From Candidatus Jordarchaeia archaeon (lineage in GTDB: Archaea > Asgardarchaeota > Jordiarchaeia > Jordiarchaeales > Jordiarchaeaceae), in contig JAHQXB010000016.1 of assembly GCA_029856435.1 (NCBI GenBank), positions 1-11,866 on the forward strand: 11,866 nt of DNA. The letters are read 5' to 3'. This document shows, one piece after another, positions 1-5,913 of the stretch (the first letter of the stretch is position 1; each line of letters starts with the position of its first letter). The translations under genes were made by a program, and so were the position numbers. The notes beneath the pieces were generated by a model that had not been told where the DNA came from, did no database searches, and was given only the letters and a program-made list of their open reading frames with translations.

Positions 1-1
1 C

Positions 2-160
2 AAAAACATCCTCCCGACTCTTGTGGGCGGGTGCTTCCAGACAGGGGCGGAGCAGAAGGCTCCCTATGAACTCGTGAGGGAGCTATATGGTGTTGTGAAG
101 CCTCAGCTCTACTACGCATACAGCAGATATGATGACACATACCTACCTATACCTATATAG
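2..160 (+). CDS. 3' end of a gene entering from the left edge; function unknown
   Basis: Frame 2 is open from base 2 to TAG at 158-160 (KNILPTLVGGCFQTGAEQKAPYELVRELYGVVKPQLYYAYSRYDDTYLPIPI*). An A/T-rich spacer follows, converging on the GTPase gene. No family motif recognised. Confidence 0.6.
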   Translation, partial: KNILPTLVGGCFQTGAEQKAPYELVRELYGVVKPQLYYAYSRYDDTYLPIPI

Positions 161-203
161 AGTGAAACCCCTAAAAAATTATAGGGAAATAAAATTTTTG
201 GCT

Positions 204-1394
204 CTAAATTATTCCTAAGTTGCGTATCCAGGGCTGGAGCTCCTCTCCCAATAAGTTTAGGACGCTGCTTTTTTCCACACTGGGTAGCACGCTGGCTATG
301 TAGAATATCTTATCCTCCCACTCTAATGGCTTGCAAACAACAATTTCGCTTGGTCCCAACTCTAGAGTTAGGGTGCTGATGTTTAAGGAGTAATTTTTGG
401 CCAAGTTTTCTCTGAGGCATATCATTCCCATAGTGGCGACTGTGAAAACTTCCCTGTCATCCGATGTGTAATCTGCTATCAGTAAAGCCCTATTATCAAA
501 TAGCATCAAATGACTGCTTCCCAGTAGTTCCCCGTAGTCCTTTAGTATTTCCTCAATTACTGGCACAGTGCTAATGCTTTTCCTTAGGGCTGACGAAAAG
601 CTCAGGAATAATTTATCGCTTCTAAAAATACTCGTGTCATCTATGTGGTACCGGTTGATGTGGTTCTTCTTCAAAATCTTGGCAACGTCCTTTTTGAGTC
701 GCTCGATTCTCTCCCCCATCTCCTGTGACACAGAACCCTCCGAATCTGATTTGTGCAGAAAAACTGTAGTGTAAGGAGTTTCACCTGCCTTATTGTAAAG
801 GCTAAGGATACTCTCAAAGTAGCCTAGAGCCTCATTATACCTTTCATAATCTTGGAAATCAATTACAAAAATTAACAAATCTGTTTGGCTGAAAATCTCC
901 CCATCCCCCTCAAGATACTTTGTCCTGTATTGTTCCTTTCCTCCCAAATCGTATAGTTCCGCCCGCATCCAACCAAATAAAGTGACTTCCTCTCTAAGTG
1001 GGCCTTCAGTGGATTCTGTCTCGGTGGGAACCTGCTGATTTTTGGCGGTGGGTTCACATTTTGTTAGGGTGTGTATGATTGCGGTTTTTCCCGCATTGTT
1101 CAGACCGGCAAAAACAATTTTTTTACGATCCCTAAAATTTCCTTCACTGACCGCTACAAGAATCTTCGCCGCATATATCCACTTCTCAAGCTGAGACTTT
1201 TTAATTCCCATAAGTTGACTGAGAGACTTGGCATCTTGCTGCGAAAGTTTCTTAACATTAACAATTTTGAGGTCTTTCAAACATTTAACAGTCTCAGAAT
1301 CTATTCCCACAATGATTTGAGGCGAGGATTTAGGAATCCTTTCAACCTCCATACGTTCCTTGACCAGAAAACCTCTTAGTCTCTCAAAACTCAT
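204..1394 (-). CDS. Small GTPase of Rag(Gtr1)/Arf type with N-terminal helix-hairpin-helix-like domain and C-terminal roadblock/longin-like domain
   Basis: G1 GLNNAGKT, G2 PT, G3 DLGG, G4 HKSD, G5-region TSI. HKxD and TSI are Rag/Gtr-like. The C-terminal EEILKDYGELLGSSHLMLFDNRALLIAD resembles the start of the Rag roadblock domain. The N-terminal VGIDSETVKCLKDLKIVNVKKLSQ...MGIKKSQLEKWIYAAK fits a Rad51-N/DUF4332-like HhH pattern. The start is uncertain (1433 TTG; ATG at 1427, 1412, 1394 or 1352); 1394 has GGGGT 10 nt upstream. Confidence 0.88.
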   Translation of the reverse strand: MSFERLRGFLVKERMEVERIPKSSPQIIVGIDSETVKCLKDLKIVNVKKLSQQDAKSLSQLMGIKKSQLEKWIYAAKILVAVSEGNFRDRKKIVFAGLNNAGKTAIIHTLTKCEPTAKNQQVPTETESTEGPLREEVTLFGWMRAELYDLGGKEQYRTKYLEGDGEIFSQTDLLIFVIDFQDYERYNEALGYFESILSLYNKAGETPYTTVFLHKSDSEGSVSQEMGERIERLKKDVAKILKKNHINRYHIDDTSIFRSDKLFLSFSSALRKSISTVPVIEEILKDYGELLGSSHLMLFDNRALLIADYTSDDREVFTVATMGMICLRENLAKNYSLNISTLTLELGPSEIVVCKPLEWEDKIFYIASVLPSVEKSSVLNLLGEELQPWIRNLGII

Positions 1395-1446
1395 AAAAGG
1401 GGCAACCCCCATTTCTAAAAAAGGCATCCACAAAAATTTCCAACTA

Positions 1447-1460
1447 TTAAATATATTTAA
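1447..1460 (-). promoter_or_regulatory. Probable TATA box of the GTPase gene, within the perfect 14-bp palindrome TTAAATATATTTAA
   Basis: The minus strand reads CTTTAAATATAT about 25-30 nt upstream of the 5'-most possible starts (1427-1433). Confidence 0.45.
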
Positions 1461-1887
1461 AGAAACTCGTGATTATAACTCTTTTTGTCACACTCACCGG
1501 GGCCTTGTCGTAAGTATGTAGTTTGTTGACATGAATTGTGTGCAGGGTTAGCCAGTCTTACCATTTTTTTGGGCTTTAAATTTGGAAGGAAGACCTGTAA
1601 AGCCTCCTTTTTTTTGAGAGGAACAAACGATTGCGCATTAAAGAGAAGCCACACACTTAAAGACGAGTTCCGTCCTTTCCGGTACAATTTTAGTGTTACC
1701 TGCTGCGTGTTGTTTGTTCTTCGGCTTTTGTTGCTCCCCATAGATGCTCTTTTCGGCGTTTTTTGCCCTGCAGGATAACTCAAATAGGCTTCTATCTGAG
1801 GACGCAGAACGCAACCCAAACATACACCCAAAAGGCGCCGCTCAGTTAACTGTACCTCCTCACCGAAACAAAAGTGGTGCTTCCCAG

Positions 1888-2065
1888 CCGTTCTGATCCA
1901 GCGTTAACCTCGCGTAGCTTTGGGTCTTCCCCCCTCAAGTTTCATGGGTGCTTTCTCCCAAGGAACGGTTGAAGCAGGCACATCTCCCTTGCTTTCGGTG
2001 GGAGGATGTTCCCAATTGCGGCCCTGCCCTCCTAGACTTTTTCGAGCCTTCCGCATTCCGGGCTT
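1888..2065 (-). mobile_element. Possible degenerate 3' end of an IS200/IS605-type tnpB element (right end / omega-RNA scaffold) with no tnpB ORF
   Basis: The minus strand decodes as a decayed (C)PECG...(D)R(D)..AIGNI, resembling the TnpB Zn-ribbon and RuvC-III. It continues AGATGTG..CCGTTCC..GAAAGC..ATGAAA..GAGGGGGGAAG...CAGAACGG, a pattern I recall from archaeal tnpB 3' ends (from memory, unverified). A CATCTCCC/GGGAGGATG stem lies at 1981-2008. Confidence 0.4.
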
Positions 2066-2236
2066 TGGCTGGAATCGGCTGCACAGCACATGTGTTTGTA
2101 TGTTTTTTTGAAGAATGATGGATTTAATGGTTTTTCTTTAACGTTAACAGTTGGAATAAGTTAACAAACTTTATTCTAAATGGAAGTAGTTTTAACATTC
2201 CCAAAACTGTGAAAATATAAAAGACTGGGAAAGTGT

Positions 2237-2252
2237 GAAAAGCATTTATTAA
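2237..2252 (+). promoter_or_regulatory. BRE/TATA candidate for the Cdc48-N-vWA gene
   Basis: GAAAAG followed by TTTATTAA about 60 nt before ATG 2314. An alternative GAAAATATAAAA lies at about 2211-2222. Confidence 0.4.
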
Positions 2253-2313
2253 TCCTGAATCTAAATAAAACACAGGAAAAATTCTCAACAACGAGAATGT
2301 GAGGCAAGACAAA

Positions 2314-3594
2314 ATGGAACTCGAAATAGTTAAAGCCGGCGAAACCGAAGGCGCAGCATTCATCAACCCTGAAACTGCAAAAGCCTCAGGAATCTACGAC
2401 GGAAACATAATACTATTCGAAGACCCCACCACAGGAAACTTCGGAGCCGCACCAGTATACACCGACAAAAAAGTAGAAAAAAACAAAATAAAAATAGACT
2501 CAACCCTCGTAGAATCCAGCGGACTTGATGAGGGTTTCACAGTCACAGTCAAAAACTACACCGGAAAACTACAACCATTAAGAAAAATAGTAATAGGAGT
2601 AGAACCCCTGAGCGGACAAGCACCCGAAGAAGTGTTCAAACAGGCCCAAGAAAGAAGAAGCGAACTCAAAAAACTCCTAAACAAAAGAGTAATCTTCAAA
2701 AAAATGAAACTCAGATGGAAAGACCTCGAATCCAACATATCCATAGAGTCCACAGAACCCGAACTAAAAGGACAAGAATTCGCCCTAGTAAACTGGCCCG
2801 AAATAGAAAGAGCAGAAATAGTACCCATAGGACCAGCAATGCCCTTTAACGCCATACTCCTCATCGATGTATCCGGAAGCATGAGCACCAAAGATATGAA
2901 GGTCGTCAACATAGCACCTGCCAGAGAAGGAATAGTCAGCCTCCTAGAATCAGAACAAATCTCAAACTTCCTCAGCAGATTCGAAGAAGGAGAAGAAGTG
3001 AAAAGAAGACACGGAGCAGCATTCGCCGCACTACTATACCTAGCAGAAAAAGTAGGGCGGGGATACGGCGAAAAAGTAGCCATAGCCACCTATCACGACG
3101 AAGCCAAAATCATAAAATTCGACGGAAATGACTACTACGAAGCCGCCACCGGAAAAATAGACCAAGTGGCAGAAACCATACTAACAGAAGTCGCATACAA
3201 AACAGGAGGGTATACTAACATGAGCGATGCTCTGCGAAAGGCTATAAATATCCTCAAGAAGTCGTTTAAGGGCGAGGGCCAGAACATGATCATATTTATG
3301 ACGGATGGTTTTCCGCAGGGTACGGATACTGAGGAAGCTGTGATGTCCATTGTGGAGAAGGAGCTGGCTCAGCTTCCCAACGTGGTTCTCTACACTGTGG
3401 GTGTTGGTGGAGAGGTTAATGATAGACTAATGGAGAATATTGCCACTGCGACTGGCGGCGTGTACTTTAAGGCTACCGATTTGGGTAAGCTTCTTAACTG
3501 GTACAGCGAGCTGGCTAGAACCTTCACAAAGGCGGTTCATCAGAAGGAGAAGAAGCCAGACGAAGAACCCAACACATCTGAAAAAACCGAATAG
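2314..3594 (+). CDS. Cdc48/p97(VAT) N-domain-like region fused to a von Willebrand factor A domain; no ATPase domain
   Basis: The N-terminal AFINPETAKASGIYDGNIILF...IKIDSTLVESSGLDEGFTVTV matches the double-psi barrel of Cdc48-N, followed by a Cdc48_2-like segment (IESTEP). The MIDAS is intact: DVSGS, GYTNMSDAL, MTDG. LYTVGVG and IATATGGVYF are typical vWA segments. GTGAGG lies about 9 nt before ATG 2314; the GTG at 2299 is an alternative start. Confidence 0.85.
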   Translation: MELEIVKAGETEGAAFINPETAKASGIYDGNIILFEDPTTGNFGAAPVYTDKKVEKNKIKIDSTLVESSGLDEGFTVTVKNYTGKLQPLRKIVIGVEPLSGQAPEEVFKQAQERRSELKKLLNKRVIFKKMKLRWKDLESNISIESTEPELKGQEFALVNWPEIERAEIVPIGPAMPFNAILLIDVSGSMSTKDMKVVNIAPAREGIVSLLESEQISNFLSRFEEGEEVKRRHGAAFAALLYLAEKVGRGYGEKVAIATYHDEAKIIKFDGNDYYEAATGKIDQVAETILTEVAYKTGGYTNMSDALRKAINILKKSFKGEGQNMIIFMTDGFPQGTDTEEAVMSIVEKELAQLPNVVLYTVGVGGEVNDRLMENIATATGGVYFKATDLGKLLNWYSELARTFTKAVHQKEKKPDEEPNTSEKTE

Positions 3595-3599
3595 GCAAG

Positions 3600-3617
3600 C
3601 TCCCCCTTTTCTTTTTA
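3600..3617 (+). terminator. Pyrimidine/T-rich archaeal terminator candidate of the vWA gene
   Basis: CTCCCCCTTTTCTTTTTA begins a few bases after TAG 3592-3594. Confidence 0.45.
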
Positions 3618-3639
3618 TGCTTTATCCTGAAGTTTCCTT

Positions 3640-3817
3640 GGTGATGTAGAATTGTTCGGTTTCGCCTTCAAAAGGTTAAGAATTATAAATACTCCCGCCG
3701 AAAAGTTTTCGAGGATGTAGAATTGTTCAGTTTCGCCTCAAAAAGGGGTGTTTATAGGGATTCTTTCACAATTTGGAGCCTTATTAGGGAGATGGAGCCG
3801 AATAAATCTGCATCACC
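3640..3817. mobile_element. MITE family A, copy 1 (178 bp, long variant with duplicated left end)
   Basis: The termini GGTGATGTAGAATTGTTCGGTTTC and (reverse complement) GGTGATGCAGATTTATTCGGCTCC form an imperfect TIR. A perfect 10-bp TSD AAGTTTCCTT lies at 3630-3639 and 3818-3827. Bases 3714-3817 are nearly identical to 9291-9396. Confidence 0.92.
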
Positions 3818-4156
3818 AAGTTTCCTTAACCGCTAAACAACTCTATTATTTGGAGTAAATGGTTGGGCGGTTGCCAGATAGCTTCCGAAGGTTGCGGCCG
3901 GGAGAAATCTTTTGGAATTGCACGTATTTTTATCCTAACAATTTTTTGGTTTCTGGTACCTTTTTTTGCGCAGGGAAGGTATTTAATAAAAATTGGGATA
4001 AAAGAAAGTGGAAGGGGCTTTTTTGTTTCGGCCGCCCTTCTAAACTCCTTTTTTTGGGAATCTCTCTCCGAGAAATAGTTTTGTTACAATTATGTTTCTG
4101 GTTCTCTCTTGCTTATCTGAACATTTTGACGCCTTTGGCTACTTTTGTTTTGGTGT

Positions 4157-4435
4157 TTATTTTGTTAGTGTTATTGTCATTGCGGATACGTTGCTTTGTC
4201 CTCGGTCGTTTTCTATGGTTTCTGTGCCTATTTCGATGCTTTTTACTTTTACGTCTGAGAGGAATCTTTCTCTGGTGATTTCTGCTACGTCTACGGCTCG
4301 GCTGATGGCTCTTCCTCGAGCTTTTATTGAGACTTCTTTTGTTCCCTTATTGAATTGGGTTATTACTGCTAAAACATAGTTCATGGTTGGTTTACTATTT
4401 CCGACAAATACGGTGTTTTCGTCACTTTCTGGCAT
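4157..4435 (-). CDS. albA: DNA/RNA-binding chromatin protein Alba
   Basis: [31 protein letters not shown] and VSAMTITL are hallmark Alba segments. A GGTGA Shine-Dalgarno lies just upstream of ATG 4435. Confidence 0.97.
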   Translation of the reverse strand: MPESDENTVFVGNSKPTMNYVLAVITQFNKGTKEVSIKARGRAISRAVDVAEITRERFLSDVKVKSIEIGTETIENDRGQSNVSAMTITLTK

Positions 4436-4534
4436 TTTCTTCACCACACTTTACTTAATTGTGCTTTTTGCTCGTTTTTCAAAAATTGTTTACATTGTTG
4501 TGTCTAGATGTTAACATTAGTTTATTATACTCAC

Positions 4535-4550
4535 TTATAAAAATTTTCAT
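4535..4550 (-). promoter_or_regulatory. BRE/TATA of albA
   Basis: The minus strand reads ATGAAAATTTTTATAA. The predicted start site near 4510 overlaps the palindrome ATGTTAACAT (4508-4517). Confidence 0.55.
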
Positions 4551-4736
4551 ACTTACCTTCTAAAATGGGGGGTGACTGCGACTGGTGGAGCTTTTTGCTA
4601 ATTAATTACTGTATGTGCTTCTTTTTTGGGGGTTTATTAGCAGTTTAATATTAGTCTTTGCTGATTTTTTCAAAATTTTTGTAAATATAATCGCAATTCT
4701 TTTCTATACTCAGCGAACATTATACTGCGAACTAAC

Positions 4737-5168
4737 ATGCAAAAATCCAAGAAGCAAAAAATCATAAATAGACTCTCCAACCCTTTCTCATACACTAGTG
4801 CCACCATCCCCGAAACTATCCAGATAAACGGTAAGGAGGTCAAACTAGGATCAATAGTGGAAGAGTTCAAAAAACGGGAAAAAACTGGAAATTTGACCAG
4901 AGACGACATTATTTTCGGCGCAACCCTTTCCAGGCTCTTGGAGAAGGAAATTCTCAAAATTGTAAATAGAATAGAGGAAGACCAGATTTCTGTAGAGGAA
5001 GCTGAGAAAAAAGTTGACATGTGGCTGGGCATGTTGAGAGCTTCAAAAATGCTGAGAATAGAGCAGTATGAGACAGGTCAAAGAGAGGTGGAAAAACTGG
5101 AAAAAGTAGCCTATGTCAAGTGGGCTAAAAAATTCATGGACTCCGAACTATTTTCCTACCGCTGGTAA
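4737..5168 (+). CDS. DUF5788-like conserved archaeal protein of unknown function
   Basis: 143-aa ORF whose IPETIQINGKEVKL, ISVEEAEK...LGMLRASKML and C-terminal KWAKKFM segments fit my recollection of DUF5788. Confidence 0.65.
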   Translation: MQKSKKQKIINRLSNPFSYTSATIPETIQINGKEVKLGSIVEEFKKREKTGNLTRDDIIFGATLSRLLEKEILKIVNRIEEDQISVEEAEKKVDMWLGMLRASKMLRIEQYETGQREVEKLEKVAYVKWAKKFMDSELFSYRW

Positions 5169-5236
5169 CCAACAAAAGGCAAAAAGCACTTCCAGAAATA
5201 ATTTAAAAAAAAGGTTTTTTGTAAAGATTTTTCACT

Positions 5237-5476
5237 TCACCTTTCGGGAGCACATATGCAGGTCATGGTTTCAACTACTCCCTGCATAGGCCTCAAAACG
5301 TCGAAAATAAAAGAATCCAACTCCTCAGAATTATTCATTTTTACCTTAACTATTATGTCGTACAGCCCATATACTAGATCCGCATGCTCCACGGAGCTGA
5401 ACTCCTTCAAACTTGCAAGAATTTTCTTCTCGAAACCAGAAGCTGTCTTAATGAGAATGTAGGCCGACGTAACCAA
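5237..5476 (-). CDS. Stand-alone Lrp/AsnC ligand-binding (RAM) domain protein without HTH
   Basis: AYILIK...VYGLYDIIVKV...EELDSFIFDVLRPMQGVVETMT is the canonical short archaeal AsnC C-domain pattern. GGAGG lies upstream of the TTG start. Confidence 0.9.
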   Translation of the reverse strand: MVTSAYILIKTASGFEKKILASLKEFSSVEHADLVYGLYDIIVKVKMNNSEELDSFIFDVLRPMQGVVETMTCICAPER

Positions 5477-5658
5477 TACTAAAAACCCTCCTACAAAACA
5501 TCGTCAGAGCAGGGAATTAATTTTTGTAAGCCCGCAGCTATAAGAAAGACAACCCACAAATTAAAAAATATTCCCCCCAAAACATAATGTTTACCCCTTT
5601 TTTGATGGTAACAGTTAAAAAAATTATGTCTAAATGGTATTTGCTTGGAGGCTTCAAG

Positions 5659-5829
5659 TTGGATAAGTGTCCCAGATGTGGCGCAGTTGCAGAGCACAAA
5701 AAAATACTCATAAGGAAAAACGTCTGCGCCGATTGCCTCGCCTACACTGGTTACCGCTGCGTAAAATGTGGCTACGAATGGACAATCGAACTTTTAATGG
5801 AAGACGAAAATGGAACCAAAAATAGATGA
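5659..5829 (+). CDS. Small Cys-rich zinc-finger protein (three CxxC pairs)
   Basis: MDKCPRCG...VCADCL...YRCVKCGYEW. GGAGG at 5647-5651 precedes TTG 5659; ATG 5626 is an alternative start. Confidence 0.65.
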   Translation: MDKCPRCGAVAEHKKILIRKNVCADCLAYTGYRCVKCGYEWTIELLMEDENGTKNR

Positions 5830-5913
5830 TTAAAGGATGACGGAAGGCCCCTCCGATTTGAATCCTTCAACAATTAAAAGTGGGGAAGCGCCCCCCAACG
5901 CCTCTTTTCAAGC

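Noticed and set aside
1457-1831. Possible transposase debris on the minus strand (WVYVWVAF..., ERTELVFK)
   Set aside because: The fragments are too short and cannot be joined into a coherent DDE motif order.
1888-2090. RNase P RNA, SRP RNA, riboswitch or group II intron as the identity of the structured island; also ORF 1904-2089
   Set aside because: There is no intact GAGGAAAGUCC/ACAGAA P4 pair, SRP helix-8 motif, FMN/cobalamin core or intron domain V. The ORF has no family features. The tnpB-end reading fits better but is itself tentative.
3643-3745. Two near-identical 30-bp repeats with a unique spacer, resembling a mini CRISPR array
   Set aside because: The repeat is the MITE left end, lies within a TSD-bounded element, recurs at 9291, and no cas genes are nearby.
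3887-4040. Imperfect inverted repeat GAAGG..GCGGCCG / CGGCCGCCCTTC downstream of albA
   Set aside because: It has only 7 perfectly paired bp plus a bulged 5 bp, no TSD, and no supporting internal structure.
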